DNA from: a virus
Taxonomy: Duplodnaviria > Caudoviricetes
Length of the DNA stretch: 37,582 bases
Virus record (IMG/VR): IMGVR_UViG_3300044513_000301
Location: 1 to 37,582 of that record
Strand: one strand, 5' to 3'
In this document: one piece after another, positions 9,243 through 19,684 of the stretch
How the letters are laid out: every line of letters begins with the position of its first letter
How positions within the stretch are numbered: the stretch's first letter is position 1
Translations under genes and position numbers: made by a program
Notes under the pieces: model-generated
What the model saw: only the letters and a program-made list of their open reading frames with translations
Databases searched by the model: none
What the model was told of the DNA's origin: nothing

Positions 9243-12200
9243 TTATGCTGATAATGCTGCGCTGCCTAACGACAGTGCTGCTTTCTCATCTTCGTCTTCC
9301 TTCATGGCTACTGCCATGTTTGCAATGATGCCAGCCAGGATGACACCCAGTGGCAAGTTAAAGAATTGAACAGTATTATTCTTGGCGAAAGCCTCACGGA
9401 TGAGCTTGGCTGTTAATGGCATGTTCTGCTTGGCTAGCTGAGGATTAGCTAGGTAGTAAGCAATGGCGTCTGCAGCCAGTTCTTCTGGGGACTGGAAGTA
9501 AGTAGCTTCTATATCCTTCAGCCTTTGTTTGTTTCTAGCCCGAAGTTCAGGACTCATGTCCTCGAATAGCCTGTAGCTATCTCTTACACGCATGTCAGTT
9601 CCAGGTATTAGACCTGTGCGCTGCAACCCAACGATCTCATCATAGATAGCTTTACTGACTTCACGCTTCTTTGCGCCAGCTTTAGAATTAACTGACTGCG
9701 TGCCTAGCACGCTTGTTATGATCTGTCTGAAGGTATCTTCATAGACATTGCCGCCTTTGACTGTAGTGCCTTTGACAGGGCTGTAGTAAGACTGAGATGA
9801 CAGAACGCCTTCTTGGTCTTGTCTGTTTTTACCGAAACGGAAGTTACCTTCTATGACATGCCCAAGTTCATGTAGTGCTGTCCATAACTCCTGGTTTTTA
9901 CCGCCGCCAGTCTGTTTAGGGTTCTTAGGATTTACATAGTCACCACTGAGAACCGCAACTGTGCCGCTGCCGCCTGGTTTTCTTAAAGGTGCTTCGAAGC
10001 CGCCTCTGGTAAATCCTTTACTACCTAGACTGCCCTTAAAGGCTTTCTTCAGCTGTGCGCTGTTCTTCGCAATGATGAACATATGGTGGAAGGCTTCGAC
10101 AATAGATTTAACAGTCCGGATGTCTTTAATGCCGTTCTCAAACGGTGACCCTGGCTTTCCTACTTCGAAGATAGCTTTGACTACGCCGTCAGCTTCACGC
10201 AGTTCAGCTGGATTAGCTGGTCTGCTTCCGGCTACGGAAGTATTAGGTTCGGATCGCTGAGTATCCCCTTGGGGTTGTCCGTTATCGGCTCTGTCGAAGG
10301 TTGGCTCTTGGCTGAGGACTGCTTGGCCTTCTGCTCCATCATAAACTTCTGAAGTTCCTTGACGAACAGATCCATCTTGTCGTCCGGCACTTGGTCTATT
10401 AGAGATCCCGTCTCGTTCTGTATCGGGGAGTGCTTCTTGGATTTGCTCATAGCTTTTACCTTCTTTTGCTGCAAGTAGTTTAGCAGCATCTAAGTAATCG
10501 TTATCACTGCCTCTTCCAGGGTCTACACCTAAAACTCTGAATAACTGTTTCTCAGGATACCACATAAGAGCCTGGAAGTCAGCTGTATTAATATCATATC
10601 CCTGAGTGCTTAGAAGCTGGATAGCTCTTTGTGTCGCTTCACGCATGTACGCACGTTCACCAGGTGTTTTAGGCATAGCCTGTAGTTGCGGCTCTAAGTT
10701 CTTTATGTGCGTTCCTACAGCTTTAAATAGATCAGGCTTTTCATGATTCTTCTTGTTAACTTCCTTGTATCTCTTAAAGAAACGCTGATATTCCTTATTA
10801 AGCTGCACAATGTAGTTATCGAACCTAGATGCGTCTTTATATAGTCCTGTTCTTGTTTCTCCAGATACTTCAAACGCATCCTTAATTAACTTTCGCATCT
10901 CTGGGTCTTTTATAGATTTCATGCCTTCTTCAATGCGTTTTCTATTCTTTTGCATTACAGCATCAGTCTTCATATCCTCAAATGGACGACCAACTGTTCT
11001 ATTCCACATACGCATCCACCAGATATCCATAGTTAGTGGATCATAGTTACCTCGTATATTCTGGAAGAAACCTTGCCCTATCTTTGCACCAAGGATGAAT
11101 GAACCTTTAACAGTAGAGGCTGCACTTTCGCTTGCTGGTACGGATAGTTTAGTACCATTAGCTTGATTAAACCTTTTAATGAAACTCTTTAATTCACTGA
11201 CAGTTGTATCCATGTCTAAGAACTCTGATATCGACATGTTCTCAGTGCTTTGGGTGTACTTGTTGAAGAAATCAAAAGCCTTCAACATTGAGGCGTTTCT
11301 TTCTCCACCCTTCTTAAATGTTGTTGTAGGCATTACACCATTATCCATGTAATACCTGAATACCTCAGTTGCGTATTCGAAGTTATCGACAACTGCTTGT
11401 CCATTGGATGTCACTGCAAGAGCATAATCAAAAGCAGCCTCATTAGCAGGTGACTCCATTATGCGTGGCTCTACAATAGACATGACTGACTTTGCGGCCT
11501 TCAACTTACGGTCATACCATCCAATAGCATTACCATCTTGTTGAAGATTGCGTACAGCTTCAGTAGCCATTATTCTAGCAATTCTATCAACATTCTCAGG
11601 TGTGTACTCGAAAGGCTCGTTTCTGCCTGTGGCTTTTCTCCACCTATCGTGTAGAAGGTTTACAGCTTCGACTAGGCTTCTTTTCTTAGCTCTTTCAAAA
11701 GTACCGTCTCTCATGGACTCTACTTCTGCAGCTGTTGGCATTACTTCTGTGCTGGTGATGTCTATGTCAGTGCCAATGCCAAAAGGATCACTGTTAGTGA
11801 GACCTGGTTCTTGGCTAAGGTTGATCTCACCTTCAGGCTCAATACGAACAGTGTCGTAGATAGGATGCTGTTTGCCTGATGACTTTAGAACAATAGTTCC
11901 AATCTGATTACCTGGGACAACTCTGCCAAAGCCTCTAGGACGCATAGTCGGCTCATCGCCTTTAGGCTTGCGATACATCTCAGTCGGCACATCAGCTTCT
12001 ACATTCATGGCATAGAAGTGCTGGCTGCCCTGCTCTACTGTTGTAATGAAAGACATAGGTAAGCCAGATGAGTTCTCAACCCAGTTCCACAGATTAGGAC
12101 GCACTAGATTACTATGCCACCGCTTACCTGTTTCCTTACTTGGTGTCTTAACTGGCTTAGGATCAACTTCAAGTCTGCCTCTTCCAGTCTCTGGATCTAT

Positions 12201-14678
12201 ACCAATCCTAGCACCGTCAAAAGTGACACCAGTTACGTCATTACCGTCTGCAACATAGTTACCCTGGTCAACGTCTACACCGTCAATCTTCTTGTATAGC
12301 TTGCGTGTCTTAGGGAATACCGACAAGCCCTCGCCAATATCAGGCACAGCCATCTGGTTAATCTCAGGGAACTGGTCAAGAATGTTGTCGCTGTCCTGTT
12401 GCTGCTCTGGAGCAGCGTTAGCCTGTGCTTCTACACGTTGCACATATGGAAGCATGTAAGTCTCAGCTATAGCCGGATCGCTGAGGTTTGCAGCGGCCTC
12501 GTTGTAGATGCTGCGCACACGGCTGGCTGGGTCTGCACCTAAGTTCTTGCGCATAGCCATTAGTGCGGTCTTTACGACAGACTTATCACTAGGTGATAGG
12601 GTATCGTCAGCGTCTGCAGCCGCTGCAAGCTCGTCTACGGCTGCCTGGTTGTCTCTGATGCCGCGCTCGTAGTTTGCGCCTCTAGGATCTGTTGCGCCTC
12701 TTGGCTGGGCTTGTGCGCCTTCCGGGTTGTAATCGCGGATAGGTTCTCTAACTCTAGTGACGCCAAGATCCGGCACGTTGTCTAGACGCTTGTTCATCTC
12801 GCGTATTAACGGTGACAGATCGGGTACGCGACCGCCTCTAAATACGCTTTCGGCAGCGGAGTCAGCTGCACGTTTTAATGCAGGGTTTCCAGAAGATCTG
12901 CTTATGATTGTAAGCAGCCGGACGACACCGTCACGGTCTAGCCCAGTAGACTGCTCCATTACATCCTGTGGACTTCCTGGTGTAGGTTTTGCACCAGATA
13001 GGAACAGGTTCGTATTCATGGCCTCACGGTCACGCTGCTCTTGCTCTTGTTGCATCTGAGCAGTCAATTCACGTTGTCTGCCTTGTTCACGGACAGAAGG
13101 CACATCCGGAGACTGGACGCCTGGGTTATTGATATTGCCTTTGATGTAACGCTGTACTTTGTTGCGTCTGCCTGTAACTCGGTCAATTAGACGCCCAGCA
13201 CCGACAGCGGCTGCCTGTCCCACAGGTATCATAGGATTGATTGTGGCTGCACCTAGTGATGCTATAGGACGTGCCAAGCGTTCAAATGATGCCTGGCCTT
13301 TGTCATAACCAATAGTTGATCCCAGTGGGGAGAAGCTATCAGTGATGCGGCTGACACCCCCTTGGTAACCGCCGTTGTGAAGATTAGTAAGCTCATTCAT
13401 GCGGCGCATGATAGACGCAAGCTGTTGACCTTCTGACGTGTCCCCTGTCAGCTCCATGACAGCTTGCATCTCTTCTACGCCAACCACTGACTTAGTTTTA
13501 TTCCGGGCTTCTCTGTAAGCGACCTTGGCTAAGATCTTCTTCAAAACAAGATCTCTTGGGTCACCGTCTTTAATCTGTAGCCTGTCACGCAAGTCTTTGA
13601 TGAGTTGCTTCATCTCTTCGTCATATCGGATATGCAGGTTGTCTACAGCCTGACGAACACCTTTAGTTGACTGCTTATCGAGGTCATTAATGTTTAAGTC
13701 GTTATTGACTATTTGATCTTGAAGATCTCTTGCAAAGTCTGCGGCTGCGGCCTGGTCATCGCCTACAATAGCTGACGATGGTACGATGTTACCAGCAGCG
13801 TTAACAACGCCTTTAGTCGCGTCTATACCAACGCTGGTTGTGCTACCAAGTGTTCCACCGAGGACGCCAGCTTCAAACATTCTTGAGCCAACTTCGTCTG
13901 CGGTATACTCACCACCTTGAAGAACTGCACCGCCCATAGATAAGGCTTCTTGCCCCATCTCAGTTGTGCCCTCTGCTGCAAAGTTCTTAACTGCACGTTT
14001 ACTAACTGCTAATGCAGCGTCTCCGTACCCCTTCTCAGCAAGCTCCTGCGTCAGCTCTCCGACACTCATCTTCATCAAGCTGCTTTTAGGGATAACTTTA
14101 CCTGCGCCGTATCTATCGAGAAGACCGATCAGCGCACCAATACCAACGGCTGTTGTTGGATCATAGTCTCCGGTCTTTTCCTCTTGCTCAAATGCGGCTT
14201 CCCCAGCTCCCATAAGACCAGATCCCACGGTTGTCACACCGCCGATAGCCACGGCTGCAGGTGCGCTGTAGACTGCAGCAACTGCGGCTGCGCCTGTGCC
14301 AACTAAAGCAAGCCCACCAGAAGGCGCATTTTCTAATGACTTTTCCCAAAGTGCGCCAAAGAAATCACCTGTTCCAACGTATTCACTAAGAGGCTTATCA
14401 TAAGTTGGGATATACCCACCCTGTTGTATGTCGCGCTCTTTAACCCAGGTGTAAGCACTGCCAACATCTTCTAAGTCTTTAACGCCAATAAATCTTCCAA
14501 GAGCTTCAGTGCCCTTTCCAGCCATGAGACCAGCTTGGTCAAGGCCGTAACCAAAAGACCCTTGGCGTTTTGCAAGACCTTCATTATAGGCTAGTTCAGT
14601 AAGTGTTTGCTCTAAAAGCTCAGGTGTGAGGTTGTCGGGGATCTCGTAAGTGCTTTGACCTACCTGATATCGAGCCAT
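9243..14678 (-). CDS. Large internal virion / DNA ejection protein, multidomain
   Basis: 1811 aa, last of three ejection-type genes; Gly/Ala-rich hydrophobic N-terminal region; HELGH...EELAAD zinc-peptidase-like motif near the C-terminus. Confidence 0.75.
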   Translation of the reverse strand: MARYQVGQSTYEIPDNLTPELLEQTLTELAYNEGLAKRQGSFGYGLDQAGLMAGKGTEALGRFIGVKDLEDVGSAYTWVKERDIQQGGYIPTYDKPLSEYVGTGDFFGALWEKSLENAPSGGLALVGTGAAAVAAVYSAPAAVAIGGVTTVGSGLMGAGEAAFEQEEKTGDYDPTTAVGIGALIGLLDRYGAGKVIPKSSLMKMSVGELTQELAEKGYGDAALAVSKRAVKNFAAEGTTEMGQEALSMGGAVLQGGEYTADEVGSRMFEAGVLGGTLGSTTSVGIDATKGVVNAAGNIVPSSAIVGDDQAAAADFARDLQDQIVNNDLNINDLDKQSTKGVRQAVDNLHIRYDEEMKQLIKDLRDRLQIKDGDPRDLVLKKILAKVAYREARNKTKSVVGVEEMQAVMELTGDTSEGQQLASIMRRMNELTNLHNGGYQGGVSRITDSFSPLGSTIGYDKGQASFERLARPIASLGAATINPMIPVGQAAAVGAGRLIDRVTGRRNKVQRYIKGNINNPGVQSPDVPSVREQGRQRELTAQMQQEQEQRDREAMNTNLFLSGAKPTPGSPQDVMEQSTGLDRDGVVRLLTIISRSSGNPALKRAADSAAESVFRGGRVPDLSPLIREMNKRLDNVPDLGVTRVREPIRDYNPEGAQAQPRGATDPRGANYERGIRDNQAAVDELAAAADADDTLSPSDKSVVKTALMAMRKNLGADPASRVRSIYNEAAANLSDPAIAETYMLPYVQRVEAQANAAPEQQQDSDNILDQFPEINQMAVPDIGEGLSVFPKTRKLYKKIDGVDVDQGNYVADGNDVTGVTFDGARIGIDPETGRGRLEVDPKPVKTPSKETGKRWHSNLVRPNLWNWVENSSGLPMSFITTVEQGSQHFYAMNVEADVPTEMYRKPKGDEPTMRPRGFGRVVPGNQIGTIVLKSSGKQHPIYDTVRIEPEGEINLSQEPGLTNSDPFGIGTDIDITSTEVMPTAAEVESMRDGTFERAKKRSLVEAVNLLHDRWRKATGRNEPFEYTPENVDRIARIMATEAVRNLQQDGNAIGWYDRKLKAAKSVMSIVEPRIMESPANEAAFDYALAVTSNGQAVVDNFEYATEVFRYYMDNGVMPTTTFKKGGERNASMLKAFDFFNKYTQSTENMSISEFLDMDTTVSELKSFIKRFNQANGTKLSVPASESAASTVKGSFILGAKIGQGFFQNIRGNYDPLTMDIWWMRMWNRTVGRPFEDMKTDAVMQKNRKRIEEGMKSIKDPEMRKLIKDAFEVSGETRTGLYKDASRFDNYIVQLNKEYQRFFKRYKEVNKKNHEKPDLFKAVGTHIKNLEPQLQAMPKTPGERAYMREATQRAIQLLSTQGYDINTADFQALMWYPEKQLFRVLGVDPGRGSDNDYLDAAKLLAAKEGKSYEQIQEALPDTERDGISNRPSAGRQDGSVRQGTSEVYDGAEGQAVLSQEPTFDRADNGQPQGDTQRSEPNTSVAGSRPANPAELREADGVVKAIFEVGKPGSPFENGIKDIRTVKSIVEAFHHMFIIAKNSAQLKKAFKGSLGSKGFTRGGFEAPLRKPGGSGTVAVLSGDYVNPKNPKQTGGGKNQELWTALHELGHVIEGNFRFGKNRQDQEGVLSSQSYYSPVKGTTVKGGNVYEDTFRQIITSVLGTQSVNSKAGAKKREVSKAIYDEIVGLQRTGLIPGTDMRVRDSYRLFEDMSPELRARNKQRLKDIEATYFQSPEELAADAIAYYLANPQLAKQNMPLTAKLIREAFAKNNTVQFFNLPLGVILAGIIANMAVAMKEDEDEKAALSLGSAALSA

Positions 14679-14691
14679 GCTATACCTATAT

Positions 14692-16419
14692 TTAATCTAA
14701 TTTAGTTACAGTCGCGCCATTAGATAGCGTCACTGGAGTACCAATCGAAGATCCGAATTGGTTGATCTGACCTGTTGTTGCTACTTGGCTAGGGTCTAGT
14801 GATATACCTTGTGCAAGTCTGTTTCTGACATTCTGGATGGCTTGCATACGTTGGTTAATCCAGTCTATCCAAACCTGTTCGTCTTGTAGCGTTGAAGGAG
14901 CTGGAGATAAGAACAACTTCATTTCATTGTTTGATATTGCACCTTTAGTCTGTGCAACACGCAGAAGTGCGTCATCAACTCTAAGTTTCTTCAATAATAG
15001 TCGAGATCCAGCTTCTGGGTTACCCATGATGCTATCCCAGGTAGATCCTAATGTTCCTTGGAAGAAGCCAGTAAGACCACCTTGTTCTAGAAGTCCTTTA
15101 GCCATTTGCATGTCATATAGCGTCTGATCCATTCCAGCTATTTGCTCACGAACTTCTGCGTTATCTTTGTCATCTTTACCGTCTGGCTTTGCAGATAAAG
15201 ACGCCTGATATGCTGCAAGGGCATTAGTGCGCTGCTGATCCATTAAGTTACCGTATTCAGTACCAGCTGCTGCCATCATTGCTGTACCGCCGTTAGCGGC
15301 CTGGGCTAGACCAGCTGAACCCATTCTGATGAGCATCTCATTGATGTCCATAGCCTTCGGTGCTGATAGAGATAAAGGTGTTCTGTATCTATTGCCTGTG
15401 GTTAATGCACCGCCCTGGGTAGTTGGTACGTTTTCTATCTTAGTGGCTAGTGCGCCTTCCTGATCATACTGTGAGGGTGCTGTTTCAAATCTATCACCAG
15501 GGTCATCATTTAGAAGAGGGTTTGGGTCAGTGCGAATGAATGAATCAGGATCATTAAGACTTTCGTAGTCTCTTCCTGTATTCTTATAATCATATGCATA
15601 TAGGACGTTTTGATTGGGGGGTGCATATGGATTTATAGACGGATCAAGTTGGACGTTGCCAGCAGCCTTTTCATATTGCATAGCAGCTAGCAGTGCAGGA
15701 TCTGTGGGATCTAATTGTTGTACAGGTTGAGCAGGTTGACTCATTTGCGAAAAGTAACCGCGAAGCTGTCCTAATCCAGGGTTTTGAGTATTGTTGCCAA
15801 ACATTGTATTTACACCTGTCTGGGTGTTGTTAATACTCTGCATCAATGCATTCATGGGATTAGGCTGTGGGTTAGGTTGAACCATACTACTACTACCTTG
15901 TGTCTGCTGCTGAGGCTGCATTTGCGAGAAGTTCGCCATCATGCTGCCAGCGTTATTAAACTGCTCAGGATTGTTATAGATGTACTGCGATGCTCTTCTT
16001 ACATATTGCTGGGTTTCTAAGGGCAGATCTTCCCACTTAGACCCTGCTGCTTTCCACTTTGCAGCATTTGTAGGCCCCCAATTATAGGCTACTAAGGTGT
16101 CTTGAATTGTGTCAAAGCCGTGATGCTTTTTATAACCGCTGATGTAATCGTAAGCGATCTGACGTGCCTTAACCGGATCTCTAGCTTCCGGGATGGTGAT
16201 GTTTGGGCGAACACCGTAACCCATGTCGTGTAAATTATTCTGTAACAGCTGGTATTGACCGATTGCACCAGCACCTGATGTAGCTCTATTGGCTTTATCT
16301 GGAGATAAATGACCAGTCTCAGCATATTTAATTGCGTCTAGGAGAAGTGGGCTTGGCATTCCTGGACGTGTGAGGATGCCATCTAATACTGTTGGGTATT
16401 GAATAGACGTTGTAGCCAT
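14692..16419 (-). CDS. Internal virion protein with N-terminal lytic transglycosylase (SLT) domain
   Basis: AIKYAETG (catalytic Glu), SGAGAIGQYQL, AYNWGP and ETQQYV match SLT motifs. Confidence 0.82.
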   Translation of the reverse strand: MATTSIQYPTVLDGILTRPGMPSPLLLDAIKYAETGHLSPDKANRATSGAGAIGQYQLLQNNLHDMGYGVRPNITIPEARDPVKARQIAYDYISGYKKHHGFDTIQDTLVAYNWGPTNAAKWKAAGSKWEDLPLETQQYVRRASQYIYNNPEQFNNAGSMMANFSQMQPQQQTQGSSSMVQPNPQPNPMNALMQSINNTQTGVNTMFGNNTQNPGLGQLRGYFSQMSQPAQPVQQLDPTDPALLAAMQYEKAAGNVQLDPSINPYAPPNQNVLYAYDYKNTGRDYESLNDPDSFIRTDPNPLLNDDPGDRFETAPSQYDQEGALATKIENVPTTQGGALTTGNRYRTPLSLSAPKAMDINEMLIRMGSAGLAQAANGGTAMMAAAGTEYGNLMDQQRTNALAAYQASLSAKPDGKDDKDNAEVREQIAGMDQTLYDMQMAKGLLEQGGLTGFFQGTLGSTWDSIMGNPEAGSRLLLKKLRVDDALLRVAQTKGAISNNEMKLFLSPAPSTLQDEQVWIDWINQRMQAIQNVRNRLAQGISLDPSQVATTGQINQFGSSIGTPVTLSNGATVTKLD

Positions 16420-16422
16420 GTC

Positions 16423-17487
16423 TTATCTAAAACCATAGACATTCGCATTACCGAAGCTGTCGAACCCACTAAAACCTGCGGATGATGTTGGCGTTGTAGA
16501 TCCACTAAAGAGATTACCAAAGCTAAAACCACTATTGGCTAGGTTGCCGCCAGCACCGTAGCCCTGCATAGCACCCATAATACCAGACATCATTGGGTTG
16601 TACATATTAGCAGATGCAGACATCCCTGGTGACATGGGTGCGCGACCTAAGATGCCAGCACCGAAGTTCTGATGAGCATTCATTTCAAAATCACGATTAC
16701 CCTCAAAACTCTGTCTGTCAGCGTCAAGCTCCATCTGTCGGTCATTTTGAAGTATGCCCTCGCCTCTTCCAATTAAACCAAGGGCAGCCGGAGTCATGTT
16801 GAAGCCAACGCCGTAAGCTGTTCTCATTGCGTCAGCTGCGCCTTGCTGGTTTCTAATGTCGTTATTAAACTGGCTAAGACTTCTACCCATTAGCTTGTCT
16901 TGGATATCTGCAGCTACGTCAGCTCGTCTATCATCATAGGCACGATTAGCCAGCGCATCAGCAACACCTGCACGGCTGGAATTAACGTTGCCGGACATCG
17001 ATGCTTGCCTATTGATGCCTGGAAGCGTCTGCTCTTGAAGCTGCCTGGTGCTGTCTCGCATAGCAGCCTGGACTAAAGGATCAGAGTTATTCAAGGCGTA
17101 TTCCTGGGCTGCCCCCATACCGCCTGTGGACGCTCTATTGTAAATATCCGCATAGTTCTGCCCAAAGCCTCTGGATTGATCCATCAGGCGTTGACCTTCT
17201 CCGGTATTATAACGTCCAAAAGCAGCGAGATCTCTTGCTGCTTGTTCTTGTGCTTGGTTTAATCCAGCGTAAGTCGCGCCAGTGTAGTAACCTTTGTCCA
17301 GGATGTTGTCTAAGCCAGATGCACCGCCTTCATATAAACGCTTGATATACGGCTTGGCTAACTCAAAGCCCTCGCGGTTCAGGCGGTTCATCTCATTGAT
17401 GGCTGACATCTGTGATCTGGCACTGTTTCTACCTAACAGTCCACCTGCTATAGAACCAAAAGCCTGTAATGCTGCTGCTTCGCCCAT
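16423..17487 (-). CDS. Internal virion / DNA ejection protein
   Basis: 354 aa, Gly/Ala/Gln-rich with pilot-protein-like N-terminus and GNVNSSRAGVA motif; position. Confidence 0.65.
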   Translation of the reverse strand: MGEAAALQAFGSIAGGLLGRNSARSQMSAINEMNRLNREGFELAKPYIKRLYEGGASGLDNILDKGYYTGATYAGLNQAQEQAARDLAAFGRYNTGEGQRLMDQSRGFGQNYADIYNRASTGGMGAAQEYALNNSDPLVQAAMRDSTRQLQEQTLPGINRQASMSGNVNSSRAGVADALANRAYDDRRADVAADIQDKLMGRSLSQFNNDIRNQQGAADAMRTAYGVGFNMTPAALGLIGRGEGILQNDRQMELDADRQSFEGNRDFEMNAHQNFGAGILGRAPMSPGMSASANMYNPMMSGIMGAMQGYGAGGNLANSGFSFGNLFSGSTTPTSSAGFSGFDSFGNANVYGFR

Positions 17488-17491
17488 TTAT

Positions 17492-17776
17492 CTACTCCAA
17501 TACGAATAAAGACTTGTCTTCCGGCAAGTCTGTCTCGTGTATAAATCCAAACATGATTAGGAACTTCAGATGCTTGGTATCTCCTACGTTGTGCAGCGCG
17601 TAGGCTGGCATCTTCGTAAGTGATCTTAGCGTCTCGAAGTCTTCTTTTAATGCTCTCTTTATTCTGGGTGTCCACCGCTTAACATCGCAGTGAACAAAGA
17701 TATGCAGGTATTCATCCATTGTTACTGGTTCATACCAAACGATATAATCTTCTTTTACGATTACTGGCGTCTTCAT
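17492..17776 (-). CDS. Hypothetical virion assembly protein (possible GNAT-like, T7 gp13 position)
   Basis: ATGA overlap at 17773-17776 supports this start; HLKFLIMFGF resembles the degenerate GNAT motif. Confidence 0.55.
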   Translation of the reverse strand: MKTPVIVKEDYIVWYEPVTMDEYLHIFVHCDVKRWTPRIKRALKEDFETLRSLTKMPAYALHNVGDTKHLKFLIMFGFIHETDLPEDKSLFVLE

Positions 17777-18051
17777 ACCGCCACCCAATTAGTGCCGTCA
17801 TAGACGACTAAACCCTCACTTGAGTCGCCCAGGGCATCCCATGGGCTTTTGTTAAAACGGATCATGCCGACCTGGGGGTTATCAGGCGCACGATCCGCAA
17901 CCTGCACGGCTGCGTTAGTCAAAGAACTGATACTATTCTGAATACGCTGTAGCTCGTCTAGCAGGTACTTAGCCATATCATTGTTAACTACAGGACGCTG
18001 GCTTCTGGAGTAGTCTAGAACTGTTAATTCAGTCTTCTCATTGATAGCCAT
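17773..18051 (-). CDS. Small tail structural protein
   Basis: 92 aa; YLLDELQRIQ helix and GLVVYDGTNW end; follows the tail protein. Confidence 0.65.
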   Translation of the reverse strand: MAINEKTELTVLDYSRSQRPVVNNDMAKYLLDELQRIQNSISSLTNAAVQVADRAPDNPQVGMIRFNKSPWDALGDSSEGLVVYDGTNWVAV

Positions 18052-18054
18052 GTC

Positions 18055-19671
18055 TTATCGCCGCCCTGTTGTAGTAACATCGAGATCAAAACCGCTGAAC
18101 TCTACGTCCTTATTGTCGCTGAAGATCAGTCTGTAGCTCAGGTATCTGCCACTAACACGACTGTCTATCTTGTAATCAGCTGCAATGTCGTAAGTTCTGC
18201 TTTCGCTGAAAGTAGGTGTATTCTGGGGGATATCTGACGCACCAAACTCGAAAGTTACGTTAGTTAACTGGGTGTTTTGTGTCTGTATCTGAGGGTAAAT
18301 AGCATTAACTACTTTATAGCCGGATAAACGCTCCCTTATCTCGTCCATATCCATTCCGATACGCTCTAGAAGAACAGGTTTTGTGGCCTCGTCATCGATC
18401 TCGAAGGTCATACGTCCATTATCAGCTGTATCCAGGCCATAAACCTTGGCTGACGTGATGCCGTCTGTTGTATCTGACTCACCAATCATGACTGACTGCC
18501 TGTTAAAGCTGTCTTCCTGGTCATAATAGCTGCCGCCAACGCCGTCATAAGTAAGACTTGTTGACTCAGAGTAGGTCTTTACGTTGTTTACGTTGATTAC
18601 AGCTGACGCAGAGACGTTAGGAAGATCCATGATCGACCAGGTGTTGTTTCTGTAGTTGTAAACAGCTGACCTATTACATCTATTGGCATTCGGGAAGTAG
18701 GCGTCAGGGTCACCTGACTGAAAACAGAAGTGTACTTCGTTTAACACTGGGTCATGGTGTACGAAATAGCGGTCAACATTCTTTGCATTCATGTTCTTAA
18801 AGACGAACTCGCGGATACGGTTGTCACAGATGGACTCTTTAGACGTGCCGTCATGAACATATATGTCTGACTTAGTAAAGCAGTAGTGTTTACCTTCTAC
18901 TTCGACAACACAGTTAGTGTTAATCAATCCGGCGTCATTAAACAGCTTGCGGAAGTTAAATAAGAACGTACCGCCTACGAACTCCATAAGCATGACTTCA
19001 GACTGCGTGTAGATGATAAAGTTAGACTGCAGGGCTAGCCCGTCCAGGATAGGATCTTTAAGGTCTACCAGGTCATTAAAACCAGCTGACTTAGTTATAT
19101 CTGTCTCATCCCAGCTGGATGGAACACTATTAGCCAGGGCGATGTCACTAAACCGGACTCTAGTCGGGTAGTTGACCAGGGTTTCTGTCGTGTTCAATGC
19201 GACCAGGAAGTCACCGTATGACCTTAGTGACTTACAGCGGTGGTCTGAAGGCCAGTTAGGCAGGTCAGCGTAGTTAGTGCCATTAGCTGTCCGGTAGACA
19301 GGCACACGGTCTTCCCTGTTGATGTAACTAATGTTAGCCAGAGACGTACTAGTGAACGGCCTGGGGTCTGTAGTCCCAGTGATAGAACCTGATCTGTCTA
19401 GATAAGTGCCATTGATCAACTCTTGGATTGACCAGTCGTCAGACACGCAGACCAGTGTATCAAAGCCGCTGCTTGGGGTATTAGCGACAGCAGCCCTGGG
19501 TAAGAAGCCGCTGTTGTCAACGATGTTGCGGAAGACTGAGGCTCTTTTCACCTTACCTTCATCAAACCGCACATTAAACGCCTTGCTGTATGCATTAAGC
19601 GGTAGGTTATATGGGGATACGTCAGTTATAAGTCCAGTTGCACCTAAGTCGCGTACTGGAAGCATAACCAT
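18055..19671 (-). CDS. Tail nozzle / tubular protein B (P22 gp10-like)
   Basis: 538 aa, beta-rich; GLITDVSPYNLP...NVRF start and GRYL...GRR end; position. Confidence 0.7.
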   Translation of the reverse strand: MVMLPVRDLGATGLITDVSPYNLPLNAYSKAFNVRFDEGKVKRASVFRNIVDNSGFLPRAAVANTPSSGFDTLVCVSDDWSIQELINGTYLDRSGSITGTTDPRPFTSTSLANISYINREDRVPVYRTANGTNYADLPNWPSDHRCKSLRSYGDFLVALNTTETLVNYPTRVRFSDIALANSVPSSWDETDITKSAGFNDLVDLKDPILDGLALQSNFIIYTQSEVMLMEFVGGTFLFNFRKLFNDAGLINTNCVVEVEGKHYCFTKSDIYVHDGTSKESICDNRIREFVFKNMNAKNVDRYFVHHDPVLNEVHFCFQSGDPDAYFPNANRCNRSAVYNYRNNTWSIMDLPNVSASAVINVNNVKTYSESTSLTYDGVGGSYYDQEDSFNRQSVMIGESDTTDGITSAKVYGLDTADNGRMTFEIDDEATKPVLLERIGMDMDEIRERLSGYKVVNAIYPQIQTQNTQLTNVTFEFGASDIPQNTPTFSESRTYDIAADYKIDSRVSGRYLSYRLIFSDNKDVEFSGFDLDVTTTGRR

Positions 19672-19684
19672 GGGTTTATCCTTA

